A stretch of DNA of 64,000 bases from Syntrophales bacterium (GTDB lineage Bacteria > Desulfobacterota > Syntrophia > Syntrophales > PHBD01). The position numbers and the translations under genes are program-made. The stretch's first letter is position 1; every line of letters begins with the position of its first letter. The notes below the pieces were generated by a model. That model searched no databases, had not been told where the DNA came from, and saw nothing but the letters and a program-made list of their open reading frames with translations. The DNA lies in the NCBI GenBank assembly GCA_963668175.1, contig OY764159.1:736001-800000 (forward strand). The letters run 5' to 3'. Positions 48,894-59,866 of this stretch are shown piece by piece.

Positions 48894-49838
48894 TCAGCCC
48901 AACTTTTCCGATGCGATCCGGTAGCCTCTCAGGAAATCCTGGATCGGCATCCGCTTTTTGTTTTCCATCTGAATATCCTGCAGGTAAACCCGTCCGTCAC
49001 GAACGACCACCGGCAGGCCGTTGCGGTCCGGTTTGCCCAGCGATCCCGGTTCGAGATCCTGCGCCGCGCCTCCATCGAAGCAGGCGGAAAAGACCTTCAG
49101 CTGCTTGCCGTCGAGAACCGTGCAGGCGCATGGCGACGGCGCCAGGCCCCGGATGAGATTGACGATATCGGCGCCTGCATTCTCCCAGTGGATCACGGTG
49201 TCCGCCTGCTTGATCCGGGGAGCGAACGTGGCCGCCGAATGGTCCTGCCGCTTCCTTTCGCACCGGCCCTGAGCGATGTCTTCGATGGTCCTGAGAAGAA
49301 GTTCTGCGCCCTGCCGCGCCAGACGGTCGTGGAGTCCGCCGTAATTCTCGTCGGGTCCGATGTCCGTCTCCTCCTGGCGGAGGATGTCTCCGGAATCGAC
49401 GCCCTCGTCCATCCGCATGATCGTCACCCCGGTTTTCGTTTCGCCCCGGATCAGGGCCCAGTTGATGGGGGCCGCGCCCCGGTACTTCGGCAGGAGTGAC
49501 GGGTGAACGTTGATGCAGCCTGAAGGCGGTCCCTCGATGATCTCCTTGGGCAGGATCTGGCCGAAGGCGACGAGAACCACAAGATCCGGCGCTGCCGACC
49601 GGAAATAGTCGAGGAATTCTTCGTTGCGGACCCGTCGAAGTTCCGGCTGATGGACCGTCAGTCCGGATTGCTCGGCCAGAACCTTGACCGGCGGCGGCGT
49701 GAAATGCCTGCCCCGGCCTTTCGGACGATCGGGCTGTGTTACGACAGCGATCAACGGATAGTCGTTTTTGATCAGGATATCCAGGGAGGGAACGGCGAAT
49801 TCCGGCGTTCCCATGAAGAGGATTTTGGGTTTATTCAT
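48894..49838 (-). CDS. fmt: methionyl-tRNA formyltransferase
   Basis: FMGTPEFA, VVTQPDRP.GRG, NVHPSLLPKYRGAAPI and D.G.DSG. Confidence 0.96.
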   Translation of the reverse strand: MNKPKILFMGTPEFAVPSLDILIKNDYPLIAVVTQPDRPKGRGRHFTPPPVKVLAEQSGLTVHQPELRRVRNEEFLDYFRSAAPDLVVLVAFGQILPKEIIEGPPSGCINVHPSLLPKYRGAAPINWALIRGETKTGVTIMRMDEGVDSGDILRQEETDIGPDENYGGLHDRLARQGAELLLRTIEDIAQGRCERKRQDHSAATFAPRIKQADTVIHWENAGADIVNLIRGLAPSPCACTVLDGKQLKVFSACFDGGAAQDLEPGSLGKPDRNGLPVVVRDGRVYLQDIQMENKKRMPIQDFLRGYRIASEKLG

Positions 49839-49850
49839 GGGGTCTACCTT

Positions 49851-50357
49851 TCATTTGGCGAAGATCATGTCGAGGAGCCTGTCCAGGGAACGGCAAGGAT
49901 AGCAGAGGATGATGCCGTTCTTGTCGATAAGAAGAGAGGTCGGGATTCCGTAGACGCCATACTTTTCCGCGACCCGGCCGTCTTCGTCGAGGAGGGTCCG
50001 GTAGGGAAGCTCGTGCCTGTCGGCGAATGTTCGCACCCGATCCTCAGGTTCCATGATGTCGACATTGATGATTTGCAGACCTTTTGTATAGTAGATTGCA
50101 TAGATCTCTTTGAAATAGGGGATCTCCCGGCGGCACGAAGGGCACCATGTGGCGCTGAAGATCACGAGCACGGGATTTCCCTGGAGGCTGCTTAATTTGA
50201 CGCTTTTGCCCGAGAGGTCCTTGAGGGTGAAATCCGGCGCCTTGGCATTTTGGACGGCCTTGCTTGAACCCTGCGGTGTGGTACTGTCTTGCCCGCACGA
50301 AAGAAAGCAAACGAGTGCCAGCACCGACATGGCAAGTCGCAATATTTTACCCGGCAT
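49851..50357 (-). CDS. TlpA/ResA-like thiol-disulfide oxidoreductase, probable lipoprotein
   Basis: Lipobox-like FLSC, APDFTL, ATWCPSC and GIPT..LID; ATG at 50357 after AAAGGA. Confidence 0.87.
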   Translation of the reverse strand: MPGKILRLAMSVLALVCFLSCGQDSTTPQGSSKAVQNAKAPDFTLKDLSGKSVKLSSLQGNPVLVIFSATWCPSCRREIPYFKEIYAIYYTKGLQIINVDIMEPEDRVRTFADRHELPYRTLLDEDGRVAEKYGVYGIPTSLLIDKNGIILCYPCRSLDRLLDMIFAK

Positions 50358-50374
50358 GATACTGATATCCTTTC

Positions 50375-51088
50375 TTAAAGCCATAAAGAGCCGGCCACGA
50401 TGAGATAGTATTCCCCGGCTCCGATCATGATCCAGCCGAATATCCGGTTGATTTTCGTCATCCATAGCCCTGACCGGGGCATGGTGGCGAGGATTCCGGC
50501 GAATGTTCCCAGGATGATGAGCAGCGTGCCCATCCCGAAAGCGAAGACGAAAAGCAGCCCCATACCGAAAACGATATTCTGCTTTGTCGCGACATACCCT
50601 AGAAGGACGGCTAGCACCGGCGCCGTGCAGGGGCCTACAATCAGACCGGAAGCCGCACCGATGAGAAAACTGCTGATGATACCCTCCGTCTTTTTCTTGG
50701 GTTGCAGGCGCGAGACAATGCCCGGCGTCCGGATGCCCAGCGTGAAAACGCCCAGCATGGACAGCCCCATGATGATGCAGAGGTTGGCGATCCCGAAGTA
50801 GATCCAGGGGTTTGTCTGGAATTGGCCGAAGAGTTTCCCCGAAAGCGCAGCCACGGCACCGAGGACCGTATAGGTCAGGGCCATACCCGTGACGTAGATA
50901 AGGGTCAGGAGAAACGTCTTGATTTTCGATTTACTGCCCCGGGCGCCGATGAAGGCGATGGTGATGGGGATGACCGGGTAGACGCAGGGGGTTAAGCTCG
51001 TAAGGATCCCTGCCCCATAGACGACCAGGAAGGCCAGAAGCGATGAGCCTTGCAGGTATTGAGAAAAGTTTTGGGTGATAGCGTCCAT
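50375..51088 (-). CDS. ccdA: CcdA/DsbD-beta transmembrane electron transporter
   Basis: LTPCVYP and GPCTAP Cys pair; about 6 TM segments. Confidence 0.87.
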   Translation of the reverse strand: MDAITQNFSQYLQGSSLLAFLVVYGAGILTSLTPCVYPVIPITIAFIGARGSKSKIKTFLLTLIYVTGMALTYTVLGAVAALSGKLFGQFQTNPWIYFGIANLCIIMGLSMLGVFTLGIRTPGIVSRLQPKKKTEGIISSFLIGAASGLIVGPCTAPVLAVLLGYVATKQNIVFGMGLLFVFAFGMGTLLIILGTFAGILATMPRSGLWMTKINRIFGWIMIGAGEYYLIVAGSLWL

Positions 51089-51272
51089 ATATTCACATTG
51101 TCCGTTCGGGTCGCTTTTTGCTTAGTAGCATAAATCGTTTAAAAAGCAACGCGAAAGAAGAACTTAGGCCTCCCGTACTGTTATACGCAGGGCGTTTTCA
51201 ATCAGATTCGGGCGATGCAGTTGCGGCAAGCGATTGGACAAAGGCTTCCGGAGGAGGTTCTTTTCTTGTTTT

Positions 51273-53846
51273 TCAGCGGCCAAGCCCCATGATCCTGTAA
51301 ATGGCCTTGATGTCGAGACCGGCACGGACGACTTCGGCCAGCCGATCGAGGGCCGGCTCCAGGTCATAGGCGGCGACGATCTTTCCCAGGGGCGGCAGGG
51401 CGCGCCTCATCCGCAGCCGATCGACGAACCACCTTCTGAATGCGTCCGCATCGAAAAGCCCGTGCAAATAGGTTCCCCAGACGAGGCCGCTTTTCGATCT
51501 GATGCCCAGGACCCGTCCGTCGTCCGCGGTTACGGTGGCGGGAAGACAGGAACCGTCCGTCAGACCATGATGGATTTCGTAGCCCTGGAGGACGAGTCCC
51601 GATTCATGATGCACGGCGGAGATGCGTTTAAGGGTCTTATCGATCGCTAGAATTGTGGATACAGGCAGCAGGCCGAGTCCCCGCATGGTCTTGCCGCGGG
51701 ACTCGATGCCGTGCGGATCGGCGATCTCCCGGCCGAGGATTTGAAATCCCCCGCAGACGCCGACGATTTCCGCATGTCCCCCGGCAGCAAGAGATGAGAG
51801 TTGTGCCGCCAGGCCGCTTGCCGTCAGGTACTCCACATCGCCGATGACGTTCTTGCTTCCGGGCAGAATAACGGCATCGGGATGGCCCAATTCTTTCTGC
51901 GAGCGGACGATCCGGAGGAAGACGTCCGGCTCTGCGCGGAGGGCGTCGAAATCCGTGAAGTTCGAGATATGGGGCAGGTCGATCAAGGCGATCTCCACAC
52001 GGTCATTCCGTTCCGGGCGATGGTCGTTCTTGGCGTTTTTGAAGGTCACCGAATCCTCCTCCGGGAGGCCGAGATCCTTAAGATAGGGAACGACACCGAA
52101 CGTGGGCCTTTCCGTATGCCGTGTCGTATAATCTATGGCTTCGGCCAATAGGGACTGGTCGCCCCGGAAACGGTTGATGACGAATCCCGCCGTGAGCCGC
52201 CGTTCCCATTCCTCCAGAAGCTCCATGGTCCCGACAAACGAGGCGAAGACCCCACCCCGGTCGATATCGCCGACGATGATGACAGGCGAAGCGGCATAGC
52301 GCGCCATGTGCATATTCACCATGTCGTGGCCCTTCAGGTTGATTTCCGCAGGGCTTCCTGCCCCTTCCAGGACCATCACGTCATGCTCGGAAGCCAGGGC
52401 GTCGTAAGCCTCCTTCACCCTGGCGAAGGCTTCCTGCTTGTAACGGATGTACTGGGTGACATCCATGTTGGCAAGAGGCCTGCCCAGGACGATGACCTGG
52501 GAACCCGTATCGCTGCTTGGTTTTAAGAGGACAGGATTCATCCGTACGTCGGGTTCCAGCCGGCAGGCCTGGGCCTGAACAACCTGGGCGCGGCCCATTT
52601 CGCCCCCGTCACGGGTGACGAAGGAGTTCAGGGACATGTTTTGGGCCTTGAACGGGGCGACATCGTAGCCGTCCTGGAGCAATATCCGGCAGAAGGCGGC
52701 GGCAAGGACGCTTTTTCCCGCGTTGGAGCTCGTTCCCTGGAACATGATTGCCGGTTTCCGCCGCTTGACGGCGGCCCTGGGCGGCGTCCTGAAAGCGGTG
52801 CAAAGGGCGTCGCAAAGCCGTTCGTTTTCGTCCTCCGCCCGCACGGCGATGCGGAAATAGCGGTCGTCAAGCCCGGCGAAGTTCCCGCAGAGACGGATGG
52901 CGATGCCGTGCGGGAGAAGCTTCTTCGCGAGCAGCGGTCCGTCCAAATCCTTCCGCTCGATCCGGATGAGGAGGAAATTCGCTTCGCCCGGGTATACCTT
53001 AAGGCCGGGAATGGCTTGCAGCTCTCGTACAAGCAAAGCGCGGCAGCGCGCCACATAGTCCCTCGTGCGAGCGGCGTAATCGCTGTCACGCAAGGCTTGT
53101 TCCCCTACAAGCTGGGCCGGCTGGTTGACCGACCACGGCGGCATCACGGCCTTGATCCGCGAGACCAGGGAACGGTCCGCAAAAGCAAGCCCGAGTCGGA
53201 GGCCTGGAATGGCATAGAATTTGGTGAGGGAAAAGAGAACGATGACGTTGGGCGGGCGGTCGTTTCTGAGGCTTTTGAAATCGGCAACGAAATCTCCGAA
53301 GGCCTCGTCGACGACAAAGACCGATTCTTTTTTTTCCCGGGCCAAACGCCTTACGGCATCGGCATCGCAGGTCAGACCGGTGGGGTTATTGGGATGGCCG
53401 AGAAAAACGATGTCGTCTCTTGTCAGTTCCGCTTCCAGTTCCGCCATCTCCGGCAGAAAGCCGTTTTCTGCTTTGAGGAGGATATGCTTCACCGTGAGTC
53501 CCGCAAGGGAAGATGCGACGGTATAATCGGCATAGGCCGGGACGGGGACGACGGCCCTCTTCGATTTCAGCGCCCGGGGAAGCCAATAGAGGATGTCGGT
53601 CGATCCGTTGCCGACGATCGTCTCATCCGTGGGGATACCGTAACGGGCTTCGACGGCATCATAGAGCCCTGTGTAGTTTGGATCGGGATAGTGGACCAGG
53701 GACCCGAGCGAGGCGCTGATCAGGGGCCGTAACCAGCCGGGCGGGCCCAGGGGATTGATGTTGGCGGAAAAGTCGATGATGTCGGAGGCGGGAAGCCCCG
53801 CCGCCTTGGCAATCTCCCGGATGTTGCCGCCGTGAATGTTGTTCAT
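51273..53846 (-). CDS. cobQ: fused L-threonine-O-3-phosphate decarboxylase (CobD) / cobyric acid synthase (CobQ)
   Basis: N-terminal [24 protein letters not shown] and SLTKFY..PGLRLG; C-terminal [39 protein letters not shown] and GTYLHG. Confidence 0.93.
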   Translation of the reverse strand: MNNIHGGNIREIAKAAGLPASDIIDFSANINPLGPPGWLRPLISASLGSLVHYPDPNYTGLYDAVEARYGIPTDETIVGNGSTDILYWLPRALKSKRAVVPVPAYADYTVASSLAGLTVKHILLKAENGFLPEMAELEAELTRDDIVFLGHPNNPTGLTCDADAVRRLAREKKESVFVVDEAFGDFVADFKSLRNDRPPNVIVLFSLTKFYAIPGLRLGLAFADRSLVSRIKAVMPPWSVNQPAQLVGEQALRDSDYAARTRDYVARCRALLVRELQAIPGLKVYPGEANFLLIRIERKDLDGPLLAKKLLPHGIAIRLCGNFAGLDDRYFRIAVRAEDENERLCDALCTAFRTPPRAAVKRRKPAIMFQGTSSNAGKSVLAAAFCRILLQDGYDVAPFKAQNMSLNSFVTRDGGEMGRAQVVQAQACRLEPDVRMNPVLLKPSSDTGSQVIVLGRPLANMDVTQYIRYKQEAFARVKEAYDALASEHDVMVLEGAGSPAEINLKGHDMVNMHMARYAASPVIIVGDIDRGGVFASFVGTMELLEEWERRLTAGFVINRFRGDQSLLAEAIDYTTRHTERPTFGVVPYLKDLGLPEEDSVTFKNAKNDHRPERNDRVEIALIDLPHISNFTDFDALRAEPDVFLRIVRSQKELGHPDAVILPGSKNVIGDVEYLTASGLAAQLSSLAAGGHAEIVGVCGGFQILGREIADPHGIESRGKTMRGLGLLPVSTILAIDKTLKRISAVHHESGLVLQGYEIHHGLTDGSCLPATVTADDGRVLGIRSKSGLVWGTYLHGLFDADAFRRWFVDRLRMRRALPPLGKIVAAYDLEPALDRLAEVVRAGLDIKAIYRIMGLGR

Positions 53847-54164
53847 GGCTGTCTCGTCCCGTTCGGATTATGGCTCATGCAAAGCAATTCGCTGCCGCTG
53901 CATTGATGGATGTCCGTGGCCTGGTCGCTGACGGCGAGCCCTGCCGCTATAGGCGTATTGCGAATAACGTCTTGCGGTTCATGACGTCGGGAGCCGGCCA
54001 TTCATAGCGATGAAAAAACGCGTGTCAATGTCACAATGCGGTTTATACCGTCTCTGTTCCGGATGGGTTCCTGAGGGGGATGGTCGACCGATAGGCGGTC
54101 AATCGGGAATTGAATGTAAAAAATGAAAATGCGGTCCCGTAGAAGGCCCTCCCTCGAGGAATGC

Positions 54165-54310
54165 GGACGGACTGGTCTTCCGGCTTCGGGCACCCTACTT
54201 GCCCGCCTTCCCGCCGCACCTCGGGTGCCGCAGTGGCTCAATCGGGCTTTCGTTCCCTTCACGGCTGCGGGGCAGCGGGGGCTTTCAACCCCTCTTCCTC
54301 ACATCCATCC
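54165..54310 (-). ncRNA. cobalamin (B12) riboswitch
   Basis: Minus strand AGGAA.AGGGG.TGAAAGCCCCCGCTGCCCCGCAGCCGTGA...GCCACTG...GGGAAGGC...AAGCCGGAAGACC, with P1 GGATGGA/TCCGTCC, upstream of cobD-cobQ. Confidence 0.88.
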
Positions 54311-54365
54311 TTATTCTTTTCCTATATCCAAGGCCATAGGAGATGTCAATGGATAATCTTCCAAG

Positions 54366-55793
54366 TTAGAATGCCAGAAGCCCGGTCATCATTCTCGCCG
54401 ATTCGGTCCTGGCGGCGGCATCGACGACGGCCCGGGTGACATTCTTCCGGACTGCCGGGTTGAAGATGCTCGGGATGATATACTCCTCCATGAGTTCTTC
54501 GGGTGCGACGCTGTCGGCAATCGCCCCGGCGGCGGCCAGGAGCATGTCCTTGTTGATATCGTGGGCGTGGCAGTCGAGAACGCCCCGAAAGAGGCCGGGA
54601 AAGCAGAGGACGTTGTTGATCTGGTTGTGGTAGTCCGATCTGCCCGTGGCCATTACCCGGACGTAGCGCTGGGCCTCCTCCGGCATGACTTCCGGTACGG
54701 GATTCGCCATGGCGAAGACGATAGGGCCTTTCGCCATGGTTTTGATCTGTTTTGCGTGGAGCACGTTACCCTGCGAGACGCCGAGAAAGACGTCGGCCCC
54801 TTGAATGGCCTTCGCCAGGGTTCCCTTGATTCCTTCCCGGTTGGTCAGGTCGGCGATCTCCTCCTTCCAGGGATTCATGTTTTCCTGCCGTCCCTTGTAG
54901 ACGATGCCGGTCCGATCGCAGCCGACGATCTGCGTGGCACCTGCCGCGATGAGCAGCTTAATGGACGCGATACCGGCCGCCCCGAGGCCGTTCACGACGA
55001 TCTTCACCTCCCGGATGTCCTTACCTGTCACTTTCAGTGCGTTAATGAGTCCGGCGAGAATGACGACGGCCGTGCCGTGCTGGTCGTCGTGGAAAACGGG
55101 GATGTCGAGTTCGTCCTTGAGGCGTCTTTCGATTTCAAAACATCGCGGTGCCGAAATATCTTCCAGATTGATTCCTCCGAATCCCGGTGATACCCATTTG
55201 ACGGCGCTGATGATCTCCTCGGGATCTTTCGTGTTGAGGCAAAGCGGGAAGGCATCGACGCCGCCGAAGGCCTTGAAAAGCATGGCTTTTCCTTCCATGA
55301 CGGGCAGGGCTGCCCGGGGGCCGATATCGCCGAGGCCGAGGACCGCCGTTCCGTCGGTCACGACGGCGACGGTGTTCTTCTTGATGGTAAGTTCGTACAC
55401 CCGGTCGGGATGCTCATGGATGGCGGATGAAACCCTGGCCACGCCGGGTGTATAAGCCATGGACAGGTCGTCTTTGTTTTTCAGAGGAAACTTGCCGTTG
55501 ATCTCGATCTTGCCGCCCAGATGGGCCGTGAAAGTCCGGTCCGTAACACTGATGATTTTCGCGTCTTTGACTTCCCTGACCGCATCGAGGATGCGCTGCA
55601 GCATGTCGCTGTCGGTCCCGTTGACCACGATCTCGCGGACGATGGAGTCGTCCTTGAATCCGGAAATATCGACTGAACCGATGTTGCCTCCCGCCTTGCC
55701 GATGGCGGAAACGACCCTGGCGAGTCTTCCCGGTTTGTTCAAGATCTCCATGCGGATCGTGATGCTGTAACTGGGGGTTGTCGTCTTGATCAT
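54366..55793 (-). CDS. NAD(P)-dependent malic enzyme with N-terminal ACT domain (ATG at 55793)
   Basis: AYTPGVA, DGTAVLGLG, VMEGK, NLEDI.AP.CF, FHDDQHGT and ATGRSD; RBS GGAGGAGG. Confidence 0.92.
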   Translation of the reverse strand: MIKTTTPSYSITIRMEILNKPGRLARVVSAIGKAGGNIGSVDISGFKDDSIVREIVVNGTDSDMLQRILDAVREVKDAKIISVTDRTFTAHLGGKIEINGKFPLKNKDDLSMAYTPGVARVSSAIHEHPDRVYELTIKKNTVAVVTDGTAVLGLGDIGPRAALPVMEGKAMLFKAFGGVDAFPLCLNTKDPEEIISAVKWVSPGFGGINLEDISAPRCFEIERRLKDELDIPVFHDDQHGTAVVILAGLINALKVTGKDIREVKIVVNGLGAAGIASIKLLIAAGATQIVGCDRTGIVYKGRQENMNPWKEEIADLTNREGIKGTLAKAIQGADVFLGVSQGNVLHAKQIKTMAKGPIVFAMANPVPEVMPEEAQRYVRVMATGRSDYHNQINNVLCFPGLFRGVLDCHAHDINKDMLLAAAGAIADSVAPEELMEEYIIPSIFNPAVRKNVTRAVVDAAARTESARMMTGLLAF

Positions 55794-56006
55794 GGTCCCT
55801 CCTCCCGGGTGGTCGTCCTGTTGCCGGACGTCAAAGGGTTGCATTGAAGGATGCGACGTATCGATGATCGGATAGAGAATAGCAGAGGGCCGTGGGTATT
55901 GCAACGGAAAGAGCGGCGGCGTGAGGCAATGATCTGTTGACGCCCCGTATTTATCTATGATAACAAACCAAATATCGTAAACACATGTACGAACCGGGGG
56001 GACAGG

Positions 56007-56780
56007 ATGATCGCATATCGAACCATAAGGGGCGTGAAGATCGCGTGCTGGCTGAGCAGCGAACCGTGGGATGCCGCGAGGAAACACATTGTCTTCATTC
56101 ACGGTTCCGGCGGCGACCATACGGTCTGGAACCGCCAGTTTGCCGCCCTGAAGGACCGGTGGAACGTCACGGCGGTGGAACTGCCGGGCCATGGCCGTTC
56201 GGAAGGCCCAGGCGAACAGGACATGCCGGCCTACGTGGAGTGGGTCCGCGAGATAATGGAGGCCTTTGCCGTCACCAAGCCTGTTCTGGCCGGCCATTCG
56301 CTGGGGGCGGCCATCGCGCTTTCTTTTGCCCTGAAATATCCGGGGCTCATTTCGGGCATTATTCCTTTAGGGGGCGGCGCCAAAATGCCCGTCAACCAGG
56401 CTATCCTGGATGGCCTCAAGACGAATCCCGCCTCCGTCGTGGACATGATCGTCAAGTTTTCCCTCATCAAGGATAACAGGGAAAAGATCGGCGGACCGCT
56501 CCGGGAAAGTCTCCTGAAAGGCGATACGGCCATCCTTTACAAGGACCTTGTCGCCTGCAACGGTCTGGACCTTGCGAAAGAACTTGGCCGCATTGCCGTT
56601 CCTGCCCTTGTCGTTTGCGGCAGCGACGACAAGATGACGCCGCCGGATTTTTCCCGCTTCCTCGCCGACCATATTCCGGGAGCGCGCCTGGCTTTAATCG
56701 AGAAGGCCGGGCATTTCGCCATGCTTGAAAATCCTGAGGCCTTCAACCAAGTAGTAGAAGAGTTCTCATCGCGTATTTAA
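56007..56780 (+). CDS. alpha/beta-fold hydrolase
   Basis: FIHGSG, LPGHG, GHSLG, G..D and AGH. Confidence 0.9.
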   Translation: MIAYRTIRGVKIACWLSSEPWDAARKHIVFIHGSGGDHTVWNRQFAALKDRWNVTAVELPGHGRSEGPGEQDMPAYVEWVREIMEAFAVTKPVLAGHSLGAAIALSFALKYPGLISGIIPLGGGAKMPVNQAILDGLKTNPASVVDMIVKFSLIKDNREKIGGPLRESLLKGDTAILYKDLVACNGLDLAKELGRIAVPALVVCGSDDKMTPPDFSRFLADHIPGARLALIEKAGHFAMLENPEAFNQVVEEFSSRI

Positions 56781-56856
56781 ATGCAGCGGCCGGCGGCTTA
56801 AGGATAACAGACCGCCGGAGGCATCGGACCTATAAAAGCCTTAGACGGGAGTCGTC

Positions 56857-57153
56857 ATGTTTGTCATGGGAAATCTGATCGAAGCAGTAGCCAAGATCAT
56901 CGATATCGGACTGAATCTCTATTTATGGATCATCGTCATCCGGGCGGTGATATCCTGGGTGAATCCCGATCCGTACAATGCCATCGTCGTCTTTCTGTAC
57001 CGGGTGACGGAACCGGTCCTGAGACCTATCCGCAGACGGCTGCCCACGGGCATGGGGATCGATTTTTCGCCGGTGGTCGTCATCCTGGTCATCGTTTTTC
57101 TCCAGGTTTTTCTGGTGAAGACCTTGCTTCAGCTGGCATACCAGTTCCGGTAG
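56857..57153 (+). CDS. yggT: YggT family membrane protein
   Basis: SWVNPDPYN, TEPVL.PIRR and IDFSP. Confidence 0.92.
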   Translation: MFVMGNLIEAVAKIIDIGLNLYLWIIVIRAVISWVNPDPYNAIVVFLYRVTEPVLRPIRRRLPTGMGIDFSPVVVILVIVFLQVFLVKTLLQLAYQFR

Positions 57154-57159
57154 ACCGAC

Positions 57160-57453
57160 ATGCTTATAACCCGGGAAACCTCAGAAGGCGTCGTTTTTCT
57201 CGTCAAGGTGCTGCCCCGGTCGTCGCGCTGCGAATTCACCGGAGTTCAGGAAGGCGCCCTGAAACTCAAAATTACGTCGCCGCCCGTCGAAGGCAGGGCC
57301 AATGAGGAATGCCTGGCCTTTCTCTGCTCCGCCCTGGGCGTGAAAAGGAACCAGGGAACGATTATCAAGGGTCACAAAGCCAGGACCAAGACCGTTCTCG
57401 TTAAAGGTTTGGCGTCAAAGGATGTCGAAGCCCTGATCCGTTCCGGGACGTGA
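57160..57453 (+). CDS. DUF167 / YggU family protein
   Basis: V.PRSSR, PPVEGRAN and G...R.K. Confidence 0.88.
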   Translation: MLITRETSEGVVFLVKVLPRSSRCEFTGVQEGALKLKITSPPVEGRANEECLAFLCSALGVKRNQGTIIKGHKARTKTVLVKGLASKDVEALIRSGT

Positions 57454-57717
57454 ACCCGGGAGGGACTTATCTTGCCAGCCTGCGTGTCAATCATAAACCG
57501 CCGTCACCGTCATATGGGATAAGGCCGGAGGATGTATGATGTCCGTCCCCGGGGTGTCGTTCGGGGAGAATGCCGGAAGCGTCGACGGCCGTCGAAAAGC
57601 GACTCGTATGCCTTTAATCAAGTGATTACGGATAGATCGGATAAAAAAATTGACTTCGTACGACTAAAGTGCTAGGGAAATTTTCCTTCCGGGGAATCCG
57701 GACAAAAGAGGTGATTC

Positions 57718-59004
57718 ATGCTGGACATTAAATTCCTGAGACAGAACATCGAGCTTGTTCGGACGAAGCTCAAGGAACGCGGCCAGGAGATCGACCTTGA
57801 CCAGTTTGTCGCCTTGGATGCCAAACGACGGGATATCCTTCAGGATGTCGAGGGGCTGCGCAATGAGCGCAACACGGTGTCCAAGGAAGTCGGGGAGCGG
57901 AAAAAGAAGAAGCTCGATGCCGCGGATCTGATCGCGCGTATGGCGGAAGTCTCAACCCGGATCAAAGAACTCGACGAAACGTTGAAAGAGACGGACGACG
58001 CCCTGCAGGGCATCGTCATGACGATTCCGAACATGCCTCACGAATCGGTGGTGTTCGGCAGGGGCTCGGAAGACAATCCCGTCATCCGCTACTGGGGCGA
58101 GAAACCGAAATTCGCGTTTGCGCCGAAACCGCATTGGGAGATCGGCGAAGACCTCAATATCCTCGATTTCGCCCGGGGGGCCAAGATCACCGGCGCCCGG
58201 TTCACCCTCTACCGGGGAGCAGGGGCGGCCATGGAGAGGGCCATCATCAATTTCATGCTCGATCTCCACACCTCCGTTCACGGATACACGGAGATTCTCC
58301 CGCCCTTTATGGCGAACAGCGCCAGTATGACGGGCACGGGGCAGCTTCCCAAATTCGCGGAAGACCTCTTTAAAGTCGACAAGACGGATTATTATCTGAT
58401 CCCGACAGCAGAAGTGCCGGTGACCAATATCCACCGGGACGAGATTCTGAACGAGCAGGACCTGCCCGTCTATTACGTCGCCTATTCGCCCTGTTTCCGC
58501 TCCGAGGCGGGTTCTTACGGGAAGGACACCCGGGGCCTGATCCGGCAGCACCAGTTCAACAAGGTGGAAATGGTTAAATTTGCAACGCCCGAGACATCCT
58601 ATGACGAACTTGAGAAGTTGACGCTTAACGCCGAAGAGGTCCTCAAGCGGCTGAATATTCCTTTCCGTACGGTCAGCCTCTGTTCCGCGGACCTGGGATT
58701 TTCGTCTGCCAAGACCTACGATGTGGAAGCGTGGCTGCCCGGGCAGGATACCTATCGGGAGATATCGTCGTGCAGCAACTTTGAGGATTTCCAGTCGCGC
58801 CGTGCCGCGATCCGGTTCCGGAGAGCCGAAAGCGGCCGGGTGGAATTCGCCCACACGCTGAACGGTTCCGGTCTGGCCGTGGGCAGGACACTGGTTGCCG
58901 TTCTGGAAAACTACCAGCAGACGGACGGGAGCGTTGTGGTTCCGGAGGCTCTGCGGCCGTACATGCGGGGATTGGAAAGAATAACGTCTTCAAAGCGGGA
59001 CTGA
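57718..59004 (+). CDS. serS: seryl-tRNA synthetase
   Basis: [38 protein letters not shown] and [10 protein letters not shown]. Confidence 0.97.
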   Translation: MLDIKFLRQNIELVRTKLKERGQEIDLDQFVALDAKRRDILQDVEGLRNERNTVSKEVGERKKKKLDAADLIARMAEVSTRIKELDETLKETDDALQGIVMTIPNMPHESVVFGRGSEDNPVIRYWGEKPKFAFAPKPHWEIGEDLNILDFARGAKITGARFTLYRGAGAAMERAIINFMLDLHTSVHGYTEILPPFMANSASMTGTGQLPKFAEDLFKVDKTDYYLIPTAEVPVTNIHRDEILNEQDLPVYYVAYSPCFRSEAGSYGKDTRGLIRQHQFNKVEMVKFATPETSYDELEKLTLNAEEVLKRLNIPFRTVSLCSADLGFSSAKTYDVEAWLPGQDTYREISSCSNFEDFQSRRAAIRFRRAESGRVEFAHTLNGSGLAVGRTLVAVLENYQQTDGSVVVPEALRPYMRGLERITSSKRD

Positions 59005-59013
59005 CAGATTCAT

Positions 59014-59099
59014 GGAGGGATGGCCGAGTGGTCGAAGGCGGCGGTCTTGAAAACCGTTAACCGAAAGGTTCGCGGGTTCGAATCCTGCTCCCTCCGCCA
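59014..59099 (+). tRNA. tRNA-Ser (anticodon TGA)
   Basis: GGAGGGA acceptor stem, anticodon arm GCGGT-ctTGAaa-ACCGT, long variable arm, GGTTCGAATCC, G discriminator and CCA. Confidence 0.95.
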
Positions 59100-59178
59100 G
59101 GAAATGAGGGGGACAGGCTTTCGGTATAAGGCCGGCGTTCTTTCTGCAACCTGTCCCTTAACGGTATTATAGATGAAC

Positions 59179-59272
59179 GGAGAGATGGCTGAGTGGCCGA
59201 AAGCGATCGCCTGCTAAGCGATTGTACGCCCCATAAGGTGTACCGCGGGTTCGAATCCCGCTCTCTCCGCCA
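59179..59272 (+). tRNA. tRNA-Ser (anticodon GCT)
   Basis: GGAGAGA acceptor stem, ATCGC-ctGCTaa-GCGAT, long variable arm, GGTTCGAATCC and GCCA. Confidence 0.95.
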
Positions 59273-59335
59273 GTCTTTTCCTCCCCTCTTCCTTTCGTAT
59301 TTTCCCCGTCGGGTGATTTTGCCGCAGACACGCAA

Positions 59336-59809
59336 TCACTTCTCCGGCTTGCCGCAGGCCAGTTTTTCCACACTGCCCCAGAGATTTCCCGGCGGAATGT
59401 AAAACCAGGAAGGCCTGGATTCGTCGGCCGTGTGAATGGTCCCTTCGGACTTGTTCAGGTAGACGAACTTGAGAAAACGGATGCTGTCCGTGCTGCAGTT
59501 GAATTCGCACAGGATTTCGATATACTTGAACCCCCGCCCGCCCTTGCTGACGCTTTCCAGGTAATCGTTGACAATCGTGAGATACCTGCTTTTCGCCGAC
59601 GGAGCGATACGGACCCATATGGTTGTCGTTGTCTCCGAAGGATGGGAAATGCGGCCCGTGTCGGCAAAGAGGCCGTCGCGGTATTTGGTGAATCCCGTCA
59701 GGCGCCATGGCCCGGATGCCCCTTCGACAAGGGTCGGTCCCATTAGCACTAGCAGGAGGACCGGAACCGACGTTGCTATCAACCACGATCTGACTGACGT
59801 CTTCCCCAT
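59336..59809 (-). CDS. exported protein, surface-adhesin E-like
   Basis: Signal peptide; W..., D...I, IWVR, E.NC, Y....G and W..IPP.......C pattern. Confidence 0.6.
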   Translation of the reverse strand: MGKTSVRSWLIATSVPVLLLVLMGPTLVEGASGPWRLTGFTKYRDGLFADTGRISHPSETTTTIWVRIAPSAKSRYLTIVNDYLESVSKGGRGFKYIEILCEFNCSTDSIRFLKFVYLNKSEGTIHTADESRPSWFYIPPGNLWGSVEKLACGKPEK

Positions 59810-59866
59810 GATTGAAAATCCTTTCCGATGAATTCGATGCCGATCGTCTTCGGGAAGTCCGGGGAG

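Noticed and set aside
55794..56297. Long N-terminal extension of malic enzyme shown in the ORF track
   Set aside because: It overlaps the alpha/beta hydrolase on the opposite strand, and the strong RBS lies before ATG 55793.
59014..59099. tRNA with 'TGA' as a possible tRNA-Sec
   Set aside because: TGA is the anticodon and reads Ser codon UCA; tRNA-Sec has a TCA anticodon and an extended acceptor stem.
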